Source: Callorhinchus milii
Taxonomy: Eukaryota
Direction: 5' to 3'
Length of the DNA stretch: 64,000 nt
Assembly: GCF_018977255.1 (NCBI RefSeq)
Contig: NW_024704742.1
Span: 125,118,001 to 125,182,000, forward strand
The translations under genes and the position numbers were made by a program. The notes below the pieces were generated by a model that was not told the DNA's origin, did no database searches, and saw only the letters and a program-made list of their open reading frames with translations. The number at the start of each line of letters is the position of its first letter. Within the stretch, counting starts at the first letter, position 1. Of the stretch, positions 49,823 to 62,630 are shown one piece after another.

Positions 49823-51673
49823 TTTTCAACTGAGCTAAGATGACGGTTGTTAAAAATGTTACAAAAGCAAGCAACTTCCATGATGATTAAGTTGGTCAAA
49901 TATAGTTGAATAAAACTGAACCAAAAGGATCCAAATGGTCCCAGTTTGATCCTTGGTCTTTGCTAAATTGGCTGATTGCAACTGCAGTAGTGTTGGGCAT
50001 AAATCCAAATGGCCAAAGGCTCCCTGGATTATTTATGGCATAAACCTATCTAAAGAATATCTAGGACAGTAAACTTTTAGCAACTTTAGAAATTTTGTGT
50101 GAGTGCTCAGAAGATTATATCTAACCTCATATATGGATGAGGATATGGGTCCTGGATTTGGATCCACCTGAGATTTATGGGATCAAAGTTTCTCTTTTCC
50201 AGCTGTAAAGGTTTTAAGGGAAATAATGCATTTTCACCCATAAGCCTGGTAGGTGTGAGTTCACAAAATAAAACTGCCCATAATCTGACACTAACATGTC
50301 AATTTTGCTCCGAAGGGTGACTGGTGTGTACAATAAAACTGTCTGCTGGGCAGGAGATGTTCTTCTGAAGTTGGGTTGATGGTTATTGGGCAGTAGAGGG
50401 AGCTTTATCTTGCATTTAATCTATATTATGTACTGATAACTCTTACCATACTGAGCAAGAACAACAACAACAACTTGCATTTATATAGTGCCATTCACAT
50501 GGGGCAGCGTTTCGGAACACTTGAGAATCGCATGAAGAAGAGGAACAGTTTAAGAATGAATGTTAACTAGAATCAAGTTCAATCGGGGCAGACCACAACC
50601 TGGCTTCAATCAGTTCAGCTCAGATTTCTTGTAAAAAAAGGCAGATTACTCTCTTTGTCAAGAAATCCAAACCTGGTTCTGACAAGGGGGAACAAAAATC
50701 CTGGCCCTATGCCCAGTTTTCACCTGCACCATTGACTGTGGCTAAATGCTTTCAGAACTTCCAGTGCGGTTTCATGTTTGTTTGGCTGGAGTAGCTTGGG
50801 GGCAAACAGAAGCCAAGCATTTTGCTGTAGTCTGTTTGGTATTCCATAATAGCAACACCCCAAGCAAAAGACTAAAATGAACGCAATGAAGGTTTCAGCA
50901 TCCAGTCAGTATCCAGCATGAGACCATTACAGTTTATGCCATGAACCGGCAATGATCCTATAGCAGCTGAGAGAAAGAAATGGGTTTAACTCTGCTGCAA
51001 ACTCATGTGGCATTGTAACTAAGCATGTGGTTATCATATAGAAATATCTGATGCTGTCATTTTCTAATGCTTTTCATTCGTATGGCATTACAGTTTGATA
51101 TTGAAACAATACCTTGCAGTGTATTATTCTGAAACCTTAAAGACTGGCTAGACATATTCTTATAGTGGTTTCCTGACAACGGGTTGGATTCATACAAGTT
51201 TTGACTACCATTTATAAGAAATAGGAAGCTGATAGGTTGGTGTATAATCCTTATTTATATTGAATGAAAAGTATGTTTAAGTGTACTTTTCTGAAACTGT
51301 AACTATTTCAGGACCTTGAAGACTTAAGTAGTATAAAGTTTTAATCTTCTACTGGCCAGTTGTAGATATTTATAATCTGAGTTTCCTAACAACTTTGAAA
51401 TGTTTTGATTATTTATGCTTCATTGCTTTTAAGCGGCAGATTGTCGAAGGTGACATTGAAAAATCAAAAATGTATTCCTTTTTGTACATTTGTACATATG
51501 TATTCCATGTTAGGTTCTGGAATGCAATTTATAGTCAGCAATGGATCTAAGTGAATGAGGTACTGTATTTATGATTGATAGAGCAAACCAATGATATCCT
51601 TGATGGGGCCTCACTTTGATCAAATCCTGCTCTTAAGAGTAAATACCAGTTGAAACATCTTCTCTTACCTCAG

Positions 51674-51759
51674 GATCCACCACTTTCTATCAATGGCTCA
51701 AAAAGCATCTGTATTGAGAGTCAAGTTTGGAGACCTTCTTGTTTATTCTGCTTTGGATG
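51674..51759 (+). other. Candidate orphan exon (86 nt), unassigned
   Basis: catcttctcttacctcag| acceptor and ATG|gtaagt donor; two open frames; non-repetitive context; no protein recognised. Confidence 0.3.
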
Positions 51760-52580
51760 GTAAGTTTATTTGCTAATTCTTGTCTATTTTACCTTATACT
51801 GATGCTCTGGGCTTGCCTTAACCATGAGAGGCTTAGAAGGCCAACCTGAACACACAGATAATGGATGTAAACTGGAAAGCTATGAACTGTACTCTTCTTT
51901 CTTCAGCATTTCCAGGTGTGTTTGCCTTTGACAATAGCACATGGAAAATCCCATACAGAGTATGCCTCATCCACACACAGTTAATGATTTTTGAGAAGTG
52001 TTTACTTGTCTCCTATATCTTCTTTATATATACTAATAAAACGACAATGTATGTCTGTGCTTCAAGAAGGATATCAATAACTGATTGATGTAGAGACGTG
52101 ATTTATACTTCATTGAAAGGTCTTGCATCTGGGAGTGACATTGGCATATTTGTTTTTGGGTATCTACTATCGTTCATGAGTTATGACCTAAAATGTATTT
52201 CTGGTTTGCATTTTTCACTGCAGTTATACCTGGTGGCTGCCGAGTCAATGTGGCGCTGTGGCATTATGTGTCACAGAGCATGTATGTATGTACATATGCA
52301 CTGCAGGTACACCTGGTGGCCGCGCAGGCTGACCCCGGCACTGTGGCATCCTACGTCTCAGAGCACGCATGTAGCCAAGTGGCGACGGGAACAAAATAAA
52401 GAACACAGACGATGCTAAGCCGCAGCAACAACAACAAAATTATATTTTAAAAGCACTGGGAGGACGTCCCAGTGATTATCAATTATACATTTATATTCAT
52501 CATTATAAAGATGCCTAATAGAAAATCAAACCTTTCAAGGATAAGTACAAATGCTAGACAAAAGAGGGAATATATGATAT

Positions 52581-52686
52581 ATAATAATCCTTGCATTTGA
52601 TGGTACTTTTCATATCTTCTGGACGTCCCAAAGCGCTTCAGAGTATATATTGTAAAGCTGATTGATTGTGTATTTTGTGGGTGAAA
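52581..52686 (-). mobile_element. SINE 3' end
   Basis: ataataatccttgcatttgat..ggacgtcccaaagcgcttca. Confidence 0.8.
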
Positions 52687-53847
52687 TATCTTGATATTAC
52701 TATATCCTACACTGTATTTCTGTGCTAAAATACTTCATGAAATGAAAGCTGTTACTTGGATCGCTAATTAGCTCCTCCCCACCTCCCCCCACCCCTCCAC
52801 ATGCTAGGAGTTCCAATAAAAATCCCATCAAACTCTCAAAATAGTAATTCATTTAACCTCTTTCTGTTCATAACCCACGTGTGCACGGGTACAACAACAA
52901 CAGCTTGCATTTATATAGTGCCCCTCACACGGGGTGGCGTCCTAGAGTGTTTGGTTCACAAATGCAGGTAGTTATACACTTGATGCAGGCCGGTCTTTAC
53001 CACTTACCATCTCGATCAGATAACTATCGGAAATAGTACGGACTGAGAGGCTAATACTCTGTCTGCAAATGGTTTTATTGGGTACGTGTCTGCCCAGGAG
53101 AGTTGCAGTCTTTAGCAAAGCCTGCTGGCTTTCTACCTCTCTTCCTCCCTCCAGATGAGCCTTTCACACAGTTTCAATATCGGCTGGGCAATGATGCAAA
53201 GACTGCCCCTCTTTCCCCTAGCAGATTTGAGTGTTTAACTGTTCTATGGTTACTTGTCAGATTGTAAAACTATAGTACACTGGACTGTTTCTCTCAATTT
53301 TATGAGCTTTGTACATTATAAAATTTCAAACTCACACTATATCCAAAGAGGGAATGAACGGGTGAGCATTTGTACACATTCTAAAGATTTAGATGTCTCA
53401 GACATTTTCTGTTTGTGAACTGGTTCTTTGGCATTGTGGCATGTTTCAGTCTCCAGGAAACTTTAATCTCCAATGTGTGATGCAGTTTTATCATGCACCC
53501 CCACTTGATTGAAAACAACTGATAGAATAGGAAGGCTTTCTGCAAGGCTGATAGAAAATCATAATTTTCTCTTGTCACTTTGCGTTGACTGTATAGAGTG
53601 CGACTTTCAAAGTAACACGTACAGATGTTTTTCTCTTCTCACTAATATTAAGATGTAACTATTCTGTAAGCAATTTGTGGCAGCCTGAGTGAGGTTAACC
53701 TGTACAGGGGGCCCCACTGCACAAGTGCCTAACTATATTGTATTTGTCTCTCCATTTATGAAAATATTTAACTGTGTTTGAGGAGAAAGGAAACAAGGTT
53801 AAAAACTCAACATAGGTTTTTTAACTTTTTTATATACAATAATGAAC

Positions 53848-54160
53848 AGTAATAATCTTTACTTTTGATATAGGCCTTATCACATGGTTGAGACGACTCA
53901 AAGTGTTTCACAAGAATTATTGTGAAGGGTTGTGATTATATTTTTAGATGAGCGCAACAGCCAATTTGCACACAACAATGTCTCGCAAACAACCATGTAT
54001 TTGACTATTTACATTTATTTTTATTATCTTGACCAATTTTATCTTGTGAATTGTTGACGAGGACACTGGGAGAAACTCGCTTCTCTTTTCAAATAGTGCC
54101 ATGGCATCTTTAACATTCACATAATTAAGCAGACAAGACTTTGATTTAACATCTCATATA
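53848..54160 (-). mobile_element. Deu-domain SINE 3' two-thirds
   Basis: Tail, gccaatttgcacacaacaatgtc, aaatagtgccatggcatctttaacattcac. Confidence 0.8.
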
Positions 54161-54650
54161 TAAACAATGCACTATTTTGACTATTTACATTTATTTTTAT
54201 TATTTTGTAAGTTAATTACTGGACTTGATATCTCTGCCAATGTTTAAATGTACTGTGCATAAACATGGCATAAACAAAGGAATGGGTTTGTGCCCGAGGG
54301 TAAAGAAATGTTTTACAACATTTAGAGAGTCCAAATATCATGTTGCCTAAAATGTATCACTATCTCATTAGGCTATGTAAATCTAAAATGTGCAATACAA
54401 TACATGCAAGCTACAAATGTATATTCTTTTTCTTTGAGTTAATAAAGCTTGACAACGGTTCTGGAAAACACATTATTCTTAGAAATAAGGATCTCTACTT
54501 CAAGCTATACAATTTGTTTATCTGTGGAAACAAGGCATATGGTGGTTGATAAAGTGACAGATTGACAAAACCTACTAACCTATCACCCAATTGTCATGTC
54601 TTGTTGGTGGAAGTGACAATAAGGCCAATAAGCCGTTGATGCTATCTACC

Positions 54651-56643
54651 CACATAGGAACATAGGAGGAGGCCGTTCAGCCCTTCAAGCCAATTTGCTG
54701 CTTTCTCCACATATCCTTTACTACCCTGACCTACCAAAAATCTATCAACCTCAATTTGTGACCTCTGCTGAATGCACTTGACTCAACTCTGGCCTAATGG
54801 TCCACCGCCACATCTGGCTGGACCTCATCAAGACCTATCGCTCCACTCTCGCCTCAGCCAAATCATCCTTCTATTCCAAGTTAATCCTGGAGGCGAAAGG
54901 CAATCCCAGGCTCCTGTTCTCCACCACTAACCGGCTCCTCCGCCCTCCCTGACATGCCTCACCGATACTTTCCTCTGATTCTCACTGCGAGAAAATGCTG
55001 GGCTTCCTCGTCTAAAATCGAGGGAATCCGCTCAGCTGCCACTGCCCTCCCAACTTCCAACCCCTCCCTACCCCCACCCCACACAATTACCTATCCGACA
55101 ATTACCCATTCCTCCTTCCACACCCTTGAACCTGTCAACCCCTCCTCTGTCTTCAACACGGTAACCTCCATGAAGTCCACCACCTGCTCCCTCGACCCCA
55201 ACCCTACTCGTCCCCTTAAATCCCAGCTCCACCTCCTTGCCCCACTACTCGCTGACATCATTAACCTCTCCCTGTCATCTAGCACTGTTCCTTTCCCCTC
55301 AAAACAGCCACCATCACCCCCACCTTGAAGAAATCTCCCACCTCAACCTTCAAGGTTCTGTCCTTGACTAGTTCACATCCTACCTTTCACACCGCCTCCA
55401 CTTCGTCATGGCAAACTGTTTCTCCTCCAGCCCCCGCACTGTCTGGTGCGGTGTTCCTCAGGGCTCTGTCCTCGGTTCCCTCGTCTTCACCCTCTACATG
55501 CTCCCCCTTGGTGACATCATCCGCAGACATGGGTTAACTTTCCACATGTATGCGGATGACACCCAACTCTACCTCTCTGCCTCCACCCTGAACTCCAGGA
55601 CTACTGGCGTCCTGACCGACTGCCTGTCCGACATCAAGTCCTGGACGAGGGACAACATTCTCCAACTCAACTTCAACAAGACTGAGGCCCACCTGATTGG
55701 CTCGTGCCAGCATCTCCGCACCTCAGGCATTGGCAGTATCAGCCTCCACGGCTGCACACTCAACCTCACTAAGCCAGTCAGGAACCTAGGTGTCTTGTTT
55801 GACCCTGAACTGTCCTTTCTCCTCCACATCTGCGCCATGACCAGCACTGCCTACCACCACCTCCGCAACATTGCCAGACTCCGCCACTACCTCATCCCTC
55901 AGGCTGCCAAAACCCTCACCCACACATTCGTCACATCAAGGCTCGATTACAGGAACTCCCTCCTCATCGGCCTTCCCAACTCTTCCCTTCACAAGCTACA
56001 GATCATCCAAAACTCTGCAGCTCGTGTACTCTCATACACCAGGCTGCGTGACCCCATCACCCCAACAACCTTGCCGACTCCACTGGCTCCCCATCCCTCA
56101 GAGGACCAAGTTCAAGATCCTCGTCCTTACCTTTAAGGCCATCCATGGCCTTGCCCCCTCCTACCTCTCTGACCTGCTGACTCCCTACCAACCTGCCCGC
56201 TCCCTCTGCTCATCAGGCTCCGGCCTGCTCCATGTCTCCCGCCCGACCCGCCCTACCATCGGTGGCCGAGTTTTCAGCCTCTCTGCCCCCCACACTCTGA
56301 AACTCTATCCCACGCTCCCTTTGCCTCGCTTCCTCCCTCGCCTCCTTCAAGGCCGGTCTCTAGACCCTTCTCTTTGACCGTGCCTTTGGTCTCCCTCCCA
56401 TCTCTCTGCCTTCCCTCACCCCTATACCACCCCTCCTCCATGCTCGGGCTCTGACATCTGACTGTTCAGCGCTTTGGGACATCCTCCCAATGTGAAAGGC
56501 GCTTTATAAATGTAATTTTGTTGTTGTTGTTTTGAAGGTGTGGATGGATCCAGCATCTATGGCCTTCTTGGGGAGAGAATTCTAAATTTCTACCACCCTT
56601 TGAGTGAAAAATGCTTCCTGATTTCACTCATAAATGACCTTAA
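54651..56643 (-). mobile_element. CR1 3' fragment (54651-54759 and 56531-56643) split by an L2
   Basis: (acatagga)2 tail + ggccgttcagccc..aatctatcaacctcaattt; resumes ttgaagg..gagagaattc..accaccctttgagtgaaaaa. Confidence 0.75.
54760..56530 (+). mobile_element. L2 LINE, 5'-truncated, with internal deletion; longest open RT piece in the window
   Basis: ORF 55408-56136 [29 protein letters not shown]; stem-loop + (ttg)n. Confidence 0.95.
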
Positions 56644-58744
56644 TTGCCACTGAAGTATTCAATCCTCCAGTCCCGGTCCCCTTACTGATGTTGACCTAGA
56701 GTTCTGCTTTCTGTATGAAGGAAATCTGGCCATATGCGAGAGAAATTAAATGGCCATGAATATTGTCTATGTAGTAAGAATGTTTAAAATGCATTTCTAC
56801 TACATAGACGAAATCCACGTTCTTTTTATTCTACCAAGATAGAAAGGACGAGAAATGAAATAGCTTGAATATAGATGAACTAATATTCCCCCCAAACTGA
56901 AGTATTATGCACTATTGTCAGCCATGAATGTTCGTCAAAAAAAAATTATTCAGCTAGAATCATAGAACCACTGAAGAGAAGTGCAGAATAACTATAAATA
57001 AATACTATACATTTACCAAACTTTCTATTCTAACTGTTACCAGGTTATTCTTATACTTAGAAAATTGGGAAATGGGATGTGTTAAAAAAATCTGTACTCT
57101 CCCTTTTTGTTGAAATTGTAAGACCATCATTGAGATTCTGACACCGAGATAACATCTTTCTTGGTCAGTTCTTCCTACATGGTAAAAGTATCATAATCAT
57201 ATAATAATATAATAATAACAATAATATATTTAAAAACATCACAACAACAACAATAACAACAACAACTGCATTTATATAGTGCCTCTCATGCAGGGTGGCG
57301 CTTGGCAGTGGCAGAGCACAATGCCAAACTGGATGAGGGGAAGGTAACTGTAGGCAACAATGGAAATAAGAAAGCAATCTTTTTGTCAGCAATCTTCTTG
57401 TTACTAAGAAAATATGCCTTTAAAGTACATTCGATTCTTTCAGCCAATTTAGGTGTCACAATCCTGGGTCTCTTGATTCACTTATCTCAAAGCTGGGATC
57501 AGTGTGAGTGTGACTCCTGTAGCACTGGACAGCATAACAATTGGATTGAGTTATAATCTGAGATAATAATAATTCTTGCATTTGATCCGTTCGTTCTCTT
57601 CTGTAGAGGCGTATGCATTCTTCGATTTTGTAGAACGTTTCCCTACTCCAGCAAAGAATACTGAAAGTATGTACAAAAAGTAATGACCAGTTTCTTCATG
57701 CTACCTGCTCAGGCAGAATGAGCCCCTGGCTCCCACAATCACTGTCACCCAGCTTTCTCATTCCATTTTTAATGACACCAACTACACCTCTTTCCCCAAT
57801 GTTTCTTTATTGCTTAATAAGTTTATAAGGCTTTCCCCACCAGGAACTAATCCAATCGTTCACATGCAGTATGGGCATGGTAAGGAGACTGATTTATGAA
57901 ATTAATTTTAATATGCTGCTTTTGTTGATCGTTTCAATGAAAGGTGCCTATTGGTGAATCACTGAGCAATTGTAAAATGCTGATTTCCCCCCCCACCCAC
58001 TCTATCATTCCAGCTGGGTAAATCAACCTTGGTAACATTTTTTGCTGAAAGCTGCAAAAATATTCAGGAATAAAGCCCTTCACAGACTGGCCAAATGATT
58101 ATTTCATCTTCTGCATTACAGATCATTTTAATTAATATTCATTATAGAGAATAAAGATAGATATCAGAGTAGTAATACCACATTCGTCGAAAGTCTGTGA
58201 AGAGTAATGAAGCTTTCTTCAACCCGATCCTTGTCTTGTTAGTGTTTGACTTTTATTGCTGTGGTTAGCAGAAGAACAGCATGACCCTCTTTAATGATAA
58301 TTTATCACTGCACAGTTATAAATTCAAAACTCTAATGATCCTTTAATGCTTAGATCAATACAAGAGTAGTATCTGTGTTTTATCTAGTCTATATTTAATA
58401 TGATGCACACTAGACCTGACGGGAATATAACCCCTAAGCACTTTAATGTTTAAAGAAGTTATTAAGTCCTTAGGCTCTTCCAGAAAGGTTACTAATACAG
58501 TAGAAGCATCTTAATGGAAGCAGTGCCACAGCAAGCAAATATTCCCACTGTGGAATCATTCCTTATGAAAATATTAAAAGAATATGGTATGTACTTATTC
58601 TGCTTGGCAGTAACATTTTACGCGAATGAAGGACCTATGTCTAAAAGCAGTGTAGAGTTTACATTAAGAAAGTAAAAGAGCATTAAACTAACCTATTGAA
58701 CGTGTAGGACAAAATCTGATAAATCTAGTCCCACTGAGACAACA

Positions 58745-59070
58745 GCCTGGTATAGTGGATTACTGCAGGTCTTTTCACCTCTGGGATCTGGATTGGAATC
58801 CAGCACAGACTGATGAAATGGAATGCCTTAACTTTGGCTTAATGAATGAAAGCCTCTGTTACTTTGTATCTGTCCTAAATGCAATGCAGTTTTAGTCTTA
58901 ACCCAGTTCCTAATTAGCATGGGCTAATAAGAATCGAAATTCTGGTACACGGATGATGAAATAGTTAATGCCAGTTGAGGTTTTTGTTTGTTGTGCTCGT
59001 TCAGTTGTGCTCAGATATTCAAGGGTAGTGCACATTGTCAAGCAATTGGGAAGTGGGGACTTGGGAAGTG
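58745..59070 (+). mobile_element. LF-SINE-like ancient SINE relic
   Basis: Colinear blocks ttttcacctctgggatctggattggaatccagcacag, gtcttaacccagttccta, tcaagggtagtgcacattg resemble the LF-SINE consensus as I remember it. Confidence 0.55.
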
Positions 59071-59599
59071 GAATTTCTCCTGCTATTCAGATAGGAATTG
59101 GATAAGCACTCTGGGACGCTACCCTGGTGGAGGGTGCTATATAAATGCAAGTTGTTGTTGTTGTATAAGTCACCGAACCTGATCAATCCCTATTTGAAAA
59201 GTACAAGAAACTCCAACAACATTATACAAACTTACATGGAAGCAGTTGAGGTTTCATAAACACAAAGACACAGGAGAGTAACTCCTAATCACAAAACGTT
59301 ACGGGTATTTGCATTGATGAAAACAACAGAAATGGAAAATATTAGCAGTTGATGGAACTTGAAGGCATAAATATCATATAACGCATGTATGAAAGTCTTC
59401 TTAAGAAAGGCATAACAAATTATTACACAAAGAAAAACTTTGGCAGATTAGCAATAATTATTAAGTAAGGTCAATAAACCTGTTGTACCCTTACATTTTT
59501 CCTCTGTTGTAAGCGTACCAAGTGAAGTTGTTACACAAATACATAAAGATGTAATCATGACCTGGGTGTCAGCTTGACTCCCAGGTCATGATTATGATT

Positions 59600-59772
59600 G
59601 TTGGTTGCAATCTTGCCTCTGAGTCAGAAGGTTGTGGAATCAAGTCCCACACCTGGACTTTAAACTCACAGTCTAGTCGAATAGTCATTTCATCCACTGT
59701 ACAGCATATCCTGTGAAGTTCTTCGAGACATCCTCTTGACATGAAAAACACTAAATCAAAGATAAGAATTAT
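59600..59772 (+). mobile_element. Deu-type SINE head joined to tail (central deletion)
   Basis: gcctctgagtcagaaggttgtggaatcaagtcccac..gagacatcctcttgacatgaaaa. Confidence 0.65.
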
Positions 59773-61019
59773 TTTCCTTTTGTTACTATGCCGTTTGAAG
59801 CAGATCCAAATTCTTCTGTACTTTTGTTTTTACTTTTGAATTTGACAAGCTAATATTTAATATTAATATCCAGGTTATTATTATTAGAAACCATAGAACC
59901 ACAGAAATATGCAATACAAAGGAGGCCATTGGTCCCAGTTACTCTCTCTCCCTCTCTCTCTCTCTCTCTCCTAGTGTCCTGGCCAATAATCTACCAAATA
60001 AATTGTGCACAAAGTACGCAGTCGATCCACTGTACAGTATATCATGTGAACTGCTTTGAGATATCCTCTCCACATGAAAAGGACTATTATCAAGTAAAAA
60101 GATTATAACAATGATTGGGCTTTCATTTCATCTGTTTATGGGACATTGCTACGTGGAAATTAGCTGCCACATTAACCCACATTAACTACAAATTACAGTG
60201 TATCCTATGAAGCACTTTGAGATGTCCTCCTGTCATGAAAAGGGCTATATCAAATGTAAGGATTGCTATCATTAATTTTTTATGTCAATGTTTGCTCCTC
60301 CAAGAATCTATCCATCCTAACCGATCTTCAAGATTTCCTTATGATGCTAACCAATGTTTTCTCCTCATCTCTTTCAGAACCAAAGAATGTTTTGCCTCTT
60401 TTCTTGGGAATTGTTGGCCTTAAATTTCCTTAATTCACCTTTTCATCTGTTTAGGCCAAGTCTAATCTAAGAATCCTAACAAAGGTTCACAGATTACAAA
60501 CCGAAGAAATAGATATTGAGAGATATTGCTGTCAAAATGAATAAAACAGAGATTAATAGCTGTTTGTTAAAAAACATGTGAAAAGATGACCAATTATGAG
60601 TTTTAATTTCATTTTTCTCTTTGGATTGTAATTTATAAATCGTATACATTGAAATGACAAAATCAAAACAGTGACAGGAAGTATATAGATCTTTTCAGCA
60701 GTAATGCAGCTAGCCGGACAGAGGACCAGTTGCATATGGTAGCGAGATGGATGCTTGGTTGCTTTAGCTGACTTACGGAGTCATAAGAATAACTTAATCT
60801 TTTGAAGGCAACATTGTCTTGTTGGTTAAAAAAACTTTAACTTTGGAATCAAATATTGGAGTTCAAAATGTACTGATTGAAAACTGTTGCATAACTGGTG
60901 CCTGAATGCTGGAAAAAGCACCTCAGGGCGTAAAGCGTGTCTTATTCAGCAACTTCCATGTATGTCACCCTGACCAAAAAACTTCTGTTGCCTTTGTTGC
61001 CGCTGTTCGAGATGTCATC

Positions 61020-61345
61020 TTGGTTCAATTGATAGCACTTTTGTCTGTTGGTCAGAAGTGCTGTGGATCCAAGCTTACAACCCAGTCCGGTATTTGCAAG
61101 ACTGGGTGAGTGCTGCATTGTCTAAGATGCAATTCTTTAAATTAAAGCATTAAAGCAAGGCCCTGTCTGCTTATACTCAACTGGAAATTAGAGCTAAATG
61201 ACACTTTTCAAAAATAAAAGATTATTTCTCCCAGTGTCCTGGTCAACAATCATCCAGAAATTGAGCATTCATCTAACGACTGTCAATAAAACCTTTGTGT
61301 TGTGGTTAAATGGCTGCCATGTTTGCCTGCAGAAACAATCCCTCT
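61020..61345 (+). mobile_element. Deu-domain SINE, degenerate
   Basis: gtcagaag..gtgctgcattgtc..attaaagcaaggccctgtctgc..gtgtcctggtcaacaatc. Confidence 0.65.
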
Positions 61346-62219
61346 ACCTGCAGTGGTGGGAACCAGGTTTTGCAACCGGGGGGAGGATGGGTCATTAGTG
61401 TACTGCTGTGGCAGCTGGGTAATGGCGTGGTCCACGCAGCCAACGTGTCCTCAAAGGAAACTGGTGTTGGTTATTCAAGGTATTGACCTTCAAGGCACGA
61501 CAAGGCTTTGAGCCTTGAATTTGGCACAATTCTGTCACTACTTCCAGGAAACCTTCAGACTTCAATGACACTAATCCTTAGTGAAGGTTAGGTTGGACAG
61601 TTTGGGCTGCTAGACACTTTTGATCACAGTCTTGTCCAGGGAGACCTCTGCCTTTGGCTCTTCACCTCCTTTACATTCTTTTTCTCCTCTGATAATAAAA
61701 AAATGTTTCATAATAAAGATTTCTCACTACATTCTGCCAAAGCTGCAATAGTGTGAATATATCAAAAGCTTAGCATCCGCCTAGATACCTAGAACTTGGT
61801 TGACTATTCCAGTATGTGATGAGACTCAGAGGCTAAAGAAAGCTAAGGATTTAAATTATTTTCGGGCTAATTAAATGCCTCTATTTCTCTATTCAACTAT
61901 ACTTGAAAAATTCACAACTTGCATTGCTAAAAAAAAGTGCTGTTTCTTTTTTAAACATATATAAACTTTTCATGCCAATTTCCCCTCATCACTATTCAAT
62001 AGCTAATTGTACTGACAGGAGGAAAATCACTTCTTCATTTTCTCTTCGGATAAAAGTTATTAAAGTTAAAAATGTCTGCAATCAATCACAGAAATCTTAT
62101 TCTGCTTTCATATGTATTTCAGTGAATATCCTTGATGAGAGTTCCTAAAATAGTCAGGATTTAAGGAAGTATCAATATCTAATTCTTATTTTTAACCTAC
62201 CTCCAGCAATAATTTTAAA

Positions 62220-62630
62220 ATTGTTTGGTCACTTCATGGCTGTTCGTGGTACGTTGTGTTTAAATTGGTTACCACATTCACCTACAAAAAGTCACACCAC
62301 TTTACAGTAAAGCGCTTCGGGGGATCTCAAAGATATGATAAGGCATTATATCAAATGCAAGGATTATTATAGCCTTTGAAGTACTTTAATACATCCTTCT
62401 GGCATGAAACAATAATAAATTGGTCATTTCAATCCACGACTGTTTGTGGGACACTACTGTGCACAATTGGCCTCCACATTTCGCCCACAAATATACAGTC
62501 AATTCACTTTACAGACTATTCTGAGAAGCGCTTTGAGAGATCTAGAAGATGTGAAAAGCGCTGTATCAAATGCAAGGAATATTATTATTATTATTATGAA
62601 AGGCGTTATATCAAATATAAGGATTTGATC
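62220..62630 (+). mobile_element. Tandem SINE 3' ends (Deu-type 62220-62370; Ala/CORE-type 62408-62597; extra tail remnants)
   Basis: Repeated atcaaatgcaaggattatt-like tails; aaattggtcatttcaatccacgactgtttgtgggac. Confidence 0.8.

Noticed and set aside
52318..52426. HDV-like ribozyme (ctgtggc/gccgcag pairing after gctaa)
   Set aside because: I could not build compatible P1, P3 and P1.1 helices.
53008..53062. Minus-strand exon candidate QSISLSVRTISDSYLIEM
   Set aside because: Strong donor, but the acceptor lacks a pyrimidine tract and there is no partner exon.
28925..59970. Simple repeats: AT/AC-rich tract 28925-29110, (agtctattt)n ~37851-37885, 14 bp duplication ~41715-41743, (CT)n 59942-59970
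   Set aside because: Ordinary slippage products.
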